In this document: positions 47,087 to 55,757 of the stretch, one piece after another
Layout: every line of letters starts with the position of its first letter
Numbering within the stretch: position 1 is the stretch's first letter
Assembly: GCA_035529735.1 (NCBI GenBank)
Contig: DATKWE010000107.1
Span: 1 to 60,387 of the forward strand
From: Desulfobacterales bacterium
GTDB taxonomy: Bacteria > Desulfobacterota > Desulfobacteria > Desulfobacterales > UBA11574
Length of the DNA stretch: 60,387 nt
Direction of reading: 5' to 3'
Notes under the pieces: model-generated
Told to the model about the DNA's origin: nothing
The model's input: only the letters and a program-made list of their open reading frames with translations
Database searches by the model: none
Position numbers and translations under genes: made by a program

Positions 47087-48113
47087 CTAAACCCGGTAAA
47101 CCATAAGGTTTTCATTGCGGCCTTTCACCCGGGTTGGGGGGAGGGGGATCAGGCCATAGTCTTGGGTGAGATGCTGGGTGGTCTGATGGCTGATTAAAAT
47201 ATCATCATCGTATTTTTTACACAAATCAGCCACCCGAGATGCCACGTTGACGGTGTCACCGACCAGACAGTAGGTCTGACGTTCCGTCGACCCGACGACA
47301 CCGGCCAGGGCGGGGCCCGAGTGTATGCCGATACCGTGGCGAAACGGGAATTGTTCAAGACCCTGAAACCTGGCGTTCAATTCCGTCAAGGCCCGGCGCA
47401 TTTCCAATGCGGCCTGGACAGCCTTGTCCGGATGATGATCATCCTGAAAGGGCGCGCCAAAGACGGCCTCTATCTCATCACCCACGTACTGGAGAACCAC
47501 CCCGTCGAACCGGTGTATTATATCGGTCATGGACGAATAGTACTCATTGATCCGGGCGAACACCACCTGGGGGTGATTCTGTTCGGCAAAACTGGTGAAG
47601 TTGCGCAGGTCCGAAAAAAGCAAGGTCACATCTTTCATCTCGCCGTCCATCTTAATCCGGTCGCTCAAGATCAGTTCGGCCACTGAAGGGTGAACATGCC
47701 GCCCGAAGGCGTCTTCAACCTTCTGGCGCATCATCTTCAATGTCAAGTGGGTTTTGACCCGTGCCTGGACAATGGGGGGGCTGAAAGGCTTGGTGATGTA
47801 ATCCACGGCCCCGATCTCCAACCCTTTGGTTTCGTCTGATTCATCGGATTTGGCCGTAACGAAGATGATGGGAATGTCCCGGGTTTGGGGATCGGCTTTG
47901 AGTCGGCGGCAGACCTCGTACCCGTCCATGTCCGGCATCATAACATCCAGTAGAATTAGATCGGGACGGCTCGTTTTGATATCTTCCAGGGCCGATTCGC
48001 CATCCATGGCCACACTGACCTTATAATGGTCCGCGAGTGTTTCCTACCAGAATATCGATATTGGCTTCAGTATCGTCGACGACCATTATCCTCATGTTGG
48101 AAAAATCAGACAT
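47087..48113 (-). pseudogene. response-regulator receiver / class III nucleotidyl cyclase, interrupted by a 1-nt frameshift
   Basis: The 308-aa ORF starts mid-REC domain. Upstream, MSDFSNMRIMVVDDTEANIDILV runs in the +1 frame and stops after GNTRGPL. Deleting one G of the GG (plus-strand CC at 48043-48044) restores ..[19 protein letters not shown]... The cyclase domain has [17 protein letters not shown] and GDTVNVASR motifs. Confidence 0.8.
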
Positions 48114-48234
48114 ATCCCGATTCCTAACGTTCTAATTCCTCGATGATTTGCGATATCAATTCTTGGGCGGTTTTAATTATTATTCAGCGCCGGTGTTTAA
48201 ATTTAAGGTGGAAAACAATGAAGCAAAGAAAAGA

Positions 48235-48255
48235 GCGTTTAAGCCTAATTGAGCG
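48235..48255 (-). repeat. CGCTCAATTAGGCTTAAACG motif copy D, 29 nt after the lipA stop
   Basis: Reverse complement of the plus-strand sequence cgtttaagcctaattgagcg. 19/20 identical to copy A. Confidence 0.6.
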
Positions 48256-48283
48256 TAAACAAAATGGGATTGTATTAAAAGAT

Positions 48284-49177
48284 TTATATCTCATCTATAG
48301 AAGCGGTTTGAAAGAGTTTTTTGGCCTGATAAGAACTGCGTACCAACGGACCGCTTGCAACTTCTGTAAAACCCATATCAAGGGCGATTTTACGCCAGTC
48401 GGAAAATTCTTCCGGTGGTACAAAGCGGTCAACCGACAGGTGCGCTTTGGTGGGTTGAAGGTATTGACCCAGGGTCAGCAATCGGCACCCCGCCTCAAAA
48501 AGATCTTCAAGTGTGTTATGGATTTCTTCGGGAAGTTCTCCAAGGCCGAGCATTAGGCCCGACTTTGTTATGACTTTGGGACTGTCAGTGACCACCTGTT
48601 TTAAAAGGTCGAGGGAACGCCGGTAGATTCCTTCCGGCCGGACGGCGGCATAAAGACGTCGAACGGTCTCTATGTTATGATTCAATACATTGGGGTGCGT
48701 CTGTACAATACTTTTAACCGCATCTTCATCCCCTTGGAAGTCAGGAATTAACAACTCGATTCGAACATCCGGAACCCTCTTCCGGATCTCATTTACAGTC
48801 CGGACAAAAAATGAGGCGCCGCCGCCAGGAAGATCGTCCCGGGTCACCGAAGTGATGACCGCATAGTCTATCTGCAGATTTTGAACGGTTCCGGCAATCC
48901 TGGCAGGCTCATCGGGATCCGGAGGGCTGTCCGGGCCGTGGGCGACTGCGCAGAATCGACAATTGCGCGTGCAGCGATCGCCCATAATCATGAAGGTCGC
49001 GGTTTTTTGGGAAAAACACTCCCATATATTGGGGCATTGCGCCGCCTGACAAACGGTATGAATTTGTTCTTTGTTTAACCGGGCGCTGAACTCTTCGTGG
49101 ACGGATCCTGACGGAAGCCTCTGTTTGAGCCAGGAGGGTTTTTTAAGCCGCTTGTTTGATTTTTGGCGCTGAATCAT
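48284..49177 (-). CDS. lipA: lipoyl synthase
   Basis: CPNIWEC (auxiliary cluster) and CTRNCRFC (radical SAM) motifs. ATG at 49177 with GAGG 5 nt upstream; an alternative start at 49201 overlaps lipB. Confidence 0.93.
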   Translation of the reverse strand: MIQRQKSNKRLKKPSWLKQRLPSGSVHEEFSARLNKEQIHTVCQAAQCPNIWECFSQKTATFMIMGDRCTRNCRFCAVAHGPDSPPDPDEPARIAGTVQNLQIDYAVITSVTRDDLPGGGASFFVRTVNEIRKRVPDVRIELLIPDFQGDEDAVKSIVQTHPNVLNHNIETVRRLYAAVRPEGIYRRSLDLLKQVVTDSPKVITKSGLMLGLGELPEEIHNTLEDLFEAGCRLLTLGQYLQPTKAHLSVDRFVPPEEFSDWRKIALDMGFTEVASGPLVRSSYQAKKLFQTASIDEI

Positions 49178-49179
49178 TG

Positions 49180-49917
49180 CTACCTCGACAGCGGCAAACA
49201 AAAGGGGTCTGTTTCCCTGAATTTTAGAAGGTAATCCAGTTCCGACAGATCTGTCATCACCAGATCAAATCCGAAAAAAGATTCATAATGATGCCGAACG
49301 GCCTTGCGCACTTCGTGCATGGATATTTTCTGAGAAAGTTCCTGCTTCATGGAAGTGACGCCGACATCCTGAAGGCCGCATGGATGTATCCAATCAAAAG
49401 GTTTCAGCGATAGGTTGACGTTCAAGGCAAAACCGTGAAAGCAGACGGCCCGTCGAACAGAGATGCCGACGCTTCCGAGTTTATGGTTTGAAACCCAGAT
49501 TCCTCTGTTGACAGATTTTCTTTCGGCCTTTATTCCCCAGTCTGAAGCCACCCGGATCATGATATCTTCAAGACCTTCAACGTACTCTATGACTTTCAAC
49601 CCGGCTTTGTTCAGGTCGATGATGGGGTATACCACCAACTGGCCCGGCCCGTGAAACGTGATGTCGCCGCCCCGTTCCACCCGGATAACCGGAATTTCCA
49701 TTTTTTCAAGAAAATCTTGGGGCACCTTCAAGTTCTTAAGGGCACCTTTTCGACCCAAAGAAAAAACAGGCGGATGCTCAAGGATTAATACAACGTCACT
49801 TTCAATGACGTTGTTGTGTCTGGCGCACACAAGATCCCGCTGCAGATTCAGCGCTTTTCTGTATTCTAATTGGGGCAGATCCACACAGAGACACCGTTGA
49901 TCTCTAAGGCCGGGCAT
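49180..49917 (-). CDS. lipB: lipoyl(octanoyl) transferase
   Basis: 245 aa with RGGDITFHGPGQLV, the KLGSVGI lysine motif and the PCG cysteine motif. Confidence 0.93.
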   Translation of the reverse strand: MPGLRDQRCLCVDLPQLEYRKALNLQRDLVCARHNNVIESDVVLILEHPPVFSLGRKGALKNLKVPQDFLEKMEIPVIRVERGGDITFHGPGQLVVYPIIDLNKAGLKVIEYVEGLEDIMIRVASDWGIKAERKSVNRGIWVSNHKLGSVGISVRRAVCFHGFALNVNLSLKPFDWIHPCGLQDVGVTSMKQELSQKISMHEVRKAVRHHYESFFGFDLVMTDLSELDYLLKFRETDPFCLPLSR

Positions 49918-49940
49918 TAATGATCTTCCTTAATCCGGAT

Positions 49941-50213
49941 TTAAATTATTTTGGTCGGGGGTTCACCCTTTGCCATGAGCACAATATCCCTTGGATTGCA
50001 GAGCTGCTTGGGCAGTTCTGCCACCCGTCCGCAGGATATGCAAACAAAATTAATATGTTGCAGTTTTGGTTTGCATATATGCCTGGGGTCTTTGTCTGCT
50101 TGACCGCAGTGCTCACAAACATACGCTTCCGTCAATTCCACCGGATCACACAGATGACCGGAATCCTTCTTTACCGTCCCACAACTTTTACATATATGAA
50201 TATCATTTCCCAT
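49941..50213 (-). CDS. small protein with three tandem 25-aa C-x2-C-G-x9-C-x-P repeats
   Basis: 90 aa from the ATG at 50213 (AGGAA RBS). The listed 114-aa ORF has an unlikely N-terminal extension. Nine Cys lie at an exact 25-residue period (C8/33/58, C11/36/61, C22/47/72). The stop is 23 nt from the lipB start. Confidence 0.7.
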   Translation of the reverse strand: MGNDIHICKSCGTVKKDSGHLCDPVELTEAYVCEHCGQADKDPRHICKPKLQHINFVCISCGRVAELPKQLCNPRDIVLMAKGEPPTKII

Positions 50214-50429
50214 AATAGATTTCCTTTCTAAAAAAAATACATATTGAGCAACTCTTGAACGTTGCCATCCTAATAAATAGATCAAAATTTATGCCAACTG
50301 CAGAATGAATTGGATTGGGAAAAAAATAATATGATATATCAATAAGTTATGGTTTGAATGTGGATTTATTAAGAGACAGATGTAGGGTCATAAGATTTTT
50401 GTGATACAGTTTTATGATACAATACTGTT

Positions 50430-51773
50430 TCAAAATATAGATGATATCCCCTTTCTCCGGCGATACAGCCGTGCAATGGTATCCGGTGGGATTCCCATGT
50501 AATAGGCGATGATAATGAGCTGGTTGATCAGGGTCGTTTTCAGGATTCCGAAGTTTTGCCATCGCCGGGACGATGTTAAAACCGATGCGGATACCGTGAT
50601 GATTTCTCCTTTTTTTCGTAATCGCCGGATCAGCTCAAAATCTTCCATGATCGGAAAATCGGAAAATCCTCCCGCCGCATGAAAAACCCTGGACAGCATA
50701 AAAATCGCTTGATCACCGTAAGGTGTTCTCAGGCATCGGGAGCGCCAGTTTGCAATGCGCTCGATGAGCCGAAGCGCCGGGGTCGGGGCATCGATGCGCA
50801 GCTCGAAGGCTCCGGCGGCGATGCCGGGTCGGGCTAAACTGCGGAGGACGAGCCGGTCAAAACTTTTCGGCAGCCGTGTATCTGCATGGAGAAAAAGCAG
50901 CACATCCCCGGTAGCTTCAGCGGCCCCCCGGTTCATTTGTTTAGACCGTGGGGGCAAAACGTTGATCACTTTTGCTCCGAGTGATTGGGCGATCGACACG
51001 GTATTGTCTCGACTGCCTCCGTCTGCGACAATGACCTGTATGTTGTTTTCATGGCCGATACTCAAAAGGGTTTCAGCAATGTTGTCGGCTTCGTTGAGGG
51101 CCGGTATGATCACCGAAATGTTTCCGGGTATGAAATCATGATGGTTCAGAATTTGGGAACGTTTCCAGATCGACAGATCTTCAGGCTGATCCACATCTTC
51201 CAGTTCATCAACAAGGGAAAAGCTCAATCCAAGGCCTTTTGCAACGTCTAAGGTTTTACGCAGAACATCACGCCTTCCCCAGGTTATCCCGGAAAATAGA
51301 TGGTCCATGGCCGATGAAAGTGAAGCGCTTTGTAACCCGATTAAATAATATCCCCCGTCTTTGGCCGGACCGATCACCATGTTTTTCTGTTTCAGGGTGT
51401 CAAACGCTGTTTGAATGACAGTGTCTGTTATATCCGGAATATCCGTGCCGATAAGAACCGCTGCGTCCGCCCCGGATCGAAAGGCATCCTCAAAGGCACG
51501 TTTCATTCGCAGTCCCAGATGGCCGATACCCTGGGGCTGGTAATCGAGATCCGGACCGAGCCAGTTTTTCATTAAATGTTCATTGCCGCCGTCATAACAG
51601 ATCTCAATGGTTAACGCGTTTGATGTTGATAATCGCTTTAACTGAGCCAGGGTATGTTCGGTCATTTTGCGATGGAGATCTGCAGAACCTTTTGCTCCGA
51701 GCACCGGAATGAGCCGGGTCTTGGTTGTTCCCGTTTCCGGATAGCGGGTGAAGACAATCAGCTTTTTTTTCAC
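50430..51773 (-). CDS. fusion of a TIGR04282-like (DUF2064) transferase and a TIGR04283-like family-2 glycosyltransferase
   Basis: 447 aa. The N-terminal half has LIVFTRYPETGTTKTRLIPVLG, typical of DUF2064. The C-terminal half has VIIPALNEADNI..VADGGSRDNT..RSKQMNRGA..LFLHADTRLP..TPYGDQAIF..IMEDFEL. Confidence 0.83.
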   Translation of the reverse strand: MKKKLIVFTRYPETGTTKTRLIPVLGAKGSADLHRKMTEHTLAQLKRLSTSNALTIEICYDGGNEHLMKNWLGPDLDYQPQGIGHLGLRMKRAFEDAFRSGADAAVLIGTDIPDITDTVIQTAFDTLKQKNMVIGPAKDGGYYLIGLQSASLSSAMDHLFSGITWGRRDVLRKTLDVAKGLGLSFSLVDELEDVDQPEDLSIWKRSQILNHHDFIPGNISVIIPALNEADNIAETLLSIGHENNIQVIVADGGSRDNTVSIAQSLGAKVINVLPPRSKQMNRGAAEATGDVLLFLHADTRLPKSFDRLVLRSLARPGIAAGAFELRIDAPTPALRLIERIANWRSRCLRTPYGDQAIFMLSRVFHAAGGFSDFPIMEDFELIRRLRKKGEIITVSASVLTSSRRWQNFGILKTTLINQLIIIAYYMGIPPDTIARLYRRRKGISSIF

Positions 51774-51951
51774 TTAGCAGTCACTTCGTATTTATTTTGG
51801 TGTTTTTTGTGGCAAAACTTTTTTTCGCCACTAAGAAAGAATAACACAATAAAAATTTTTCGTGCCTTTGTGCCTTGGTGGCAAACATTTCTTGGTTCCG
51901 GCTTGTCCGGATTCGGTTTATCCCCGGTGATAATTCTCCGGCTGCGAAGCT

Positions 51952-52641
51952 TCATTTTTCTTCTCCTTTAAATTTTTTGATGATCTTGGGAATAAACAAC
52001 GAGAAGATAAAGAGCCCGATGGAGAAGAAAACCTTAAAAGATATCAGTTCTCCCCAGTTGCCGGAGGCCCATATTTCTTTAAGGGTGCCGATAAAAAAGG
52101 TGAAGATAAACGTGCCGACGATAATACCCAGACCGGTTCCCGCAAAATAGTCCCAGAATCGGACTTTGGTCAGCCCCATGCCGAAGTTCATGGGCGTGAA
52201 CGGGAAATAAACGAGGCGAAGATACAAGACGGTGGCAAATCCGTTACGCTCGATGGCATCGTCATATTTTTTCAGTTTGTCGCCGATCAGTGTTGCGGCA
52301 AATTCTCTTCCCAGAATCCGTCCGATAAAGAAGGCGCCGCTTGAACCCATCATGGCCCCGATCCATACATATAAAAATCCCCAGTAGGCGCCGAATATGG
52401 CGGCGCCCAGGCCTGTCAGCAACGTGCCGGGGAGAAAAAGGCAGACCCCCACAGCATAGATCGCCATGTATACCACCGGCGCCCATAAACCGGCGGTTTC
52501 AAGAAAACGGCCCAGCGCATCGGCCGTAAGATAATTCTTGACCGGTGTAAAACGAATCAAGAAAATTGCTCCGACAATAAAGGCCCCGAAAATAATCGCC
52601 TTGAACATTGCTTTGGATGTTTTTTGGGTCTGCATTTTCAA
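51952..52641 (-). CDS. TVP38/TMEM64 (DedA-related) family membrane protein
   Basis: 229 aa with about 5 TM segments and LPGTLLTGLGAAIFG and YFPFTPMNFGMGLT motifs. Confidence 0.87.
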   Translation of the reverse strand: MKMQTQKTSKAMFKAIIFGAFIVGAIFLIRFTPVKNYLTADALGRFLETAGLWAPVVYMAIYAVGVCLFLPGTLLTGLGAAIFGAYWGFLYVWIGAMMGSSGAFFIGRILGREFAATLIGDKLKKYDDAIERNGFATVLYLRLVYFPFTPMNFGMGLTKVRFWDYFAGTGLGIIVGTFIFTFFIGTLKEIWASGNWGELISFKVFFSIGLFIFSLFIPKIIKKFKGEEK

Positions 52642-52818
52642 ATTCTTACATAAAGTTTTCCCATTGACAAATGAAAAAAAAGCAACTCGATTTTCGAATT
52701 CCCTGTTTTAGCAGTGAAGGTGTATTGCCGTGTGTTTTCTGAAAGGCGATATGAAAATTGCCGCTTCAAGGTTCATATTGTTTTGAAAAAAATATATGGC
52801 GATGGGCCATTTTCATAG

Positions 52819-52839
52819 AAATTCATTTAAAATGAATTT
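52819..52839. promoter_or_regulatory. 21-bp perfect palindrome AAATTCATTT-a-AAATGAATTT, candidate operator
   Basis: 10+10 perfect inverted repeat in a divergent intergenic region. A TTGACA-N18-TACAAA promoter-like element follows at 52868-52897. Confidence 0.4.
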
Positions 52840-53017
52840 ACCCAAGGGATATTGGCTAAAAAGAATCTTGACACCCAAAGTGCCGTAAGTCTACAAAAAG
52901 AAATATCCGATCTCAGAGTCCGGATCGATCAAAAACGGATCGAACATATGATTGAAATGCGGAAAATTAATCCCTTAGACCTTCAGCCCTGATTAATTTG
53001 TCAAGGACGTCTCTAAC

Positions 53018-53752
53018 GTGAGAATTTTCATAATCCTATTTATAACAGCCGTTCAAATCATATCCCCTTCGCCTTGCCTCCAGGCTCAAGATATTATCGA
53101 TGTCGGTAAATTTTCGACTGCTGAACCGGGTGAAACGTTGCCCGAAGGATGGCAGCCTTTGACATTTAAAAAGATTACGTCCCATACCCGGTATTCTCTG
53201 GTAAAAGACGGCGATTCGGTGGTCGTCAAAGCCGTCAGCGAAGCATCCGCTTCAGGGTTAATCCGTAATATCAGGATTGATCCCCAAAAGTATCCGATTA
53301 TACAGTGGCGCTGGAAGGTAACGAATGTTTACAAAAACAGTGATGTCACACAAAAGGATGGAGATGATTACCCGGCCAGAATTTATATTACATTTGAGTA
53401 TGATCCCGGCAAAATCGGGTTCTTCGACAAGATAAAATATAATTTGATCAAACAATTTTATGGTGAATATCCCCCTATCGGTGCGATTAATTACATCTGG
53501 GCGAGCAAAGCTCCGATAGGGACCATCGCTCCGAATCCGTATACGGAGCGGACCAAAATGATTGTTGTCGAAAGCGGAAAAAAAGAACTCGATACGTGGA
53601 TTACCGAAGAACGCAATATATTGGACGACTTTGTTGCCGCATTTGGCGGAACACCGCCGATGATATCGGGAATCGGCATCATGACGGATTCGGATAATAC
53701 CCAAGAGTCCGCCACCGCTTTTTACGGAGACATTCTGCTCAAGCAAAAATAA
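53018..53752 (+). CDS. DUF3047 domain protein (secreted)
   Basis: 244 aa, GTG start, with a signal peptide. Motifs recalled for DUF3047: YSLVKDGDSVVVKAVSEASASGL, DDYPARIYITFEYD, INYIWAS. Confidence 0.75.
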   Translation: MRIFIILFITAVQIISPSPCLQAQDIIDVGKFSTAEPGETLPEGWQPLTFKKITSHTRYSLVKDGDSVVVKAVSEASASGLIRNIRIDPQKYPIIQWRWKVTNVYKNSDVTQKDGDDYPARIYITFEYDPGKIGFFDKIKYNLIKQFYGEYPPIGAINYIWASKAPIGTIAPNPYTERTKMIVVESGKKELDTWITEERNILDDFVAAFGGTPPMISGIGIMTDSDNTQESATAFYGDILLKQK

Positions 53753-53756
53753 CGGT

Positions 53757-54482
53757 TTGATTGTACCGCTCTTTAAAATGTTACAGACCATAAAACGATT
53801 TATAAAGCGCAAATCCAAAGCCCCGGACGATGCAATTCTATCCATTCCCGATCAGATCGAATCCTGGCGAACCGCCAATCGAAAAATGGCATGGGGTATC
53901 GAAGAGGCCGAGTTCGATCGGATTGGAACACCGCCCCAATTAACGGACAAATACCGGCGTGACGGGTTTGTCGGTGTAATTCTTTCTTACGGCTTCGGCC
54001 ATGACGGTCGCGGCCATGCCGATGCGGTTCTTTCCGGCAGATTGGCCTGGGAATATGCGTGTAAACGTCGGGGGGTTAAGACATGGCAGTGTGAGAGTAT
54101 TCATTTTGACAGATCCGACCATTTTCGCTTGCGCCCGGAAGCGCCGCCCAGACCCAAGGGCTTCTATTTTTCAAAGATCCAGACCGGTGAAAGATACCGG
54201 AATTTGAAGGTGTCTCAACTTCTACGGAAACTGGATGACGAAACCTGCTGCGGCCCGGAAGGGATTCAGCTTTTAACCGTCACGCATACCCATTTTACGG
54301 GAATGATGAACGATCGGAAAATGCCGTTTATGGCATTTGCAGATTACGATGTGGCGCCGCACGGGTACAATGATTTCTTCGATGCTTTGCAGATGTTCTG
54401 CAGTCAGGGTATTCTGGGGCTGGGTATCGGAAATGTGGATCGCAATTATCCTTTTTTCGGAATCCCCACCCTGCGTTTTTAA
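53757..54482 (+). CDS. hypothetical protein (241 aa), no family recognised
   Basis: The ORF starts 4 nt after the DUF3047 stop (TTG at 53757, or ATG at 53778) and shows coding-like composition. No RBS is evident. Confidence 0.6.
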   Translation: MIVPLFKMLQTIKRFIKRKSKAPDDAILSIPDQIESWRTANRKMAWGIEEAEFDRIGTPPQLTDKYRRDGFVGVILSYGFGHDGRGHADAVLSGRLAWEYACKRRGVKTWQCESIHFDRSDHFRLRPEAPPRPKGFYFSKIQTGERYRNLKVSQLLRKLDDETCCGPEGIQLLTVTHTHFTGMMNDRKMPFMAFADYDVAPHGYNDFFDALQMFCSQGILGLGIGNVDRNYPFFGIPTLRF

Positions 54483-54635
54483 CCCGGATTTTCCCCAAAT
54501 TTGTGTTGAGATCAATTATATGATCCAGGATTTATATAAATATGTTAGAATCATCTCCAAAAGAGTTGGTGATTCTATAAGGATTCGGGGATTCAAGAGC
54601 TCCAGTGAAATACTGAAAATTGTGGGAGAGGAGAA

Positions 54636-55757
54636 ATGAAAAAGCCGGTTTACAAAAATCTTTTCAAACCTTTGAAGCTGGATGGTCTGAGATTGAAAAA
54701 TCGTATTACGATGGCACCGTTATATCTGGGCTATGCCGCTTCGGGGGGAAGGATATCCCCGCTGTTGCTTTACTATTACAAAGAAATGGCGCAAAGCGGG
54801 GCAGCAATGATTATGGTCGAAAATTCAAGTATAACGTCGAACGGGAGCGGATCACCTCGAACCATAAGATGTGACCACAATCGATACTTAAACGGCCTTG
54901 AAGTGCTTGCCAATACCATAAAAAATGAAAAGAGCCTTGCCGGCCTTCAGATTAATCATGCCGGACGATTTGCCCATGTTTCAGAGCCGGTGGCACCCTC
55001 AGTGGTTCCGGCATTTGGGAAATCCCCCCGGGCGCTGACCAAAAGGGATATGACAACCATCCAGAAACAGTATGCCAATGCTGCTTTAAGAGTAAAAAAA
55101 GCAGGATTTGATCTCGTAGAGCTTCATGGAGGGACCGGCTACCTCCTTGCCCAGTTTGTCTCACCAAGGACCAATCAGCGGACCGACGCTTACGGCGGGT
55201 CGATTGAAAATCGTATCAAATTTCCCATCGAAGTTTTAAAACGGGTTAAAGATACCGTAGGAAATTTTCCGGTTGGGTATCGCTTTCTGGTCGATGAGTG
55301 GCTTCCGGACGGTCTTAAGGCCAAAGAATCCATCGTTCTGGCTAAAGGCCTGGAGAAAGAGGGGGTTGCCTATATATCGACCATGGGCGGGACTTATGAA
55401 TCTTTTTTTCTACCGGAAATCATCAACAAGGTCAAAAGGCCCGGTTACATGGTATCCTTGGCCGCAACTGTCAAAAAGGCGGTGGGAGTCCCTGTGATTG
55501 CGGCCGGGCGAATTTCAACTCCGGCAAAGGCGGAGTCTATTTTGCAGAAAAAAAGTGCGGATCTTATCGGATTGGCCCGTATGTTATGGGTCGATCCGGA
55601 ATGGCCGAAAAAGGCCCGGAAAGGAGATGATCGATCAATCCTGAAATGCAATCCTAAATGTGATGCGTGTCAGCAACTGGTTATACAGGGGAAGCCGGCC
55701 TACTGTCCAAGATGGAGCAAGGAAAAACGGGCGGCATATCGTGAGCTGTTTCAATAA
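54636..55757 (+). CDS. NADH:flavin oxidoreductase, Old Yellow Enzyme family, with a C-terminal Cys motif
   Basis: 373 aa with a TIM-barrel OYE pattern (MAPLYLGY, QINHAGR, ELHGGTGYLLAQFVSPRTNQRTD), a C-terminal CNPKCDACQQ..CP motif and a GGAGAGGAG RBS. Confidence 0.9.
   Translation: MKKPVYKNLFKPLKLDGLRLKNRITMAPLYLGYAASGGRISPLLLYYYKEMAQSGAAMIMVENSSITSNGSGSPRTIRCDHNRYLNGLEVLANTIKNEKSLAGLQINHAGRFAHVSEPVAPSVVPAFGKSPRALTKRDMTTIQKQYANAALRVKKAGFDLVELHGGTGYLLAQFVSPRTNQRTDAYGGSIENRIKFPIEVLKRVKDTVGNFPVGYRFLVDEWLPDGLKAKESIVLAKGLEKEGVAYISTMGGTYESFFLPEIINKVKRPGYMVSLAATVKKAVGVPVIAAGRISTPAKAESILQKKSADLIGLARMLWVDPEWPKKARKGDDRSILKCNPKCDACQQLVIQGKPAYCPRWSKEKRAAYRELFQ

Noticed and set aside
51774-51951. GGCAC-aaa-GGCACG and repeated GTGGCAAA motifs between the TVP38 and transferase genes, plus the 61-aa ORF 51770-51955
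   Set aside because: The GGCACG is not followed by a correctly spaced GC, so it is not a -24/-12 promoter. The sequence resembles generic REP-type intergenic filler and the ORF looks spurious.
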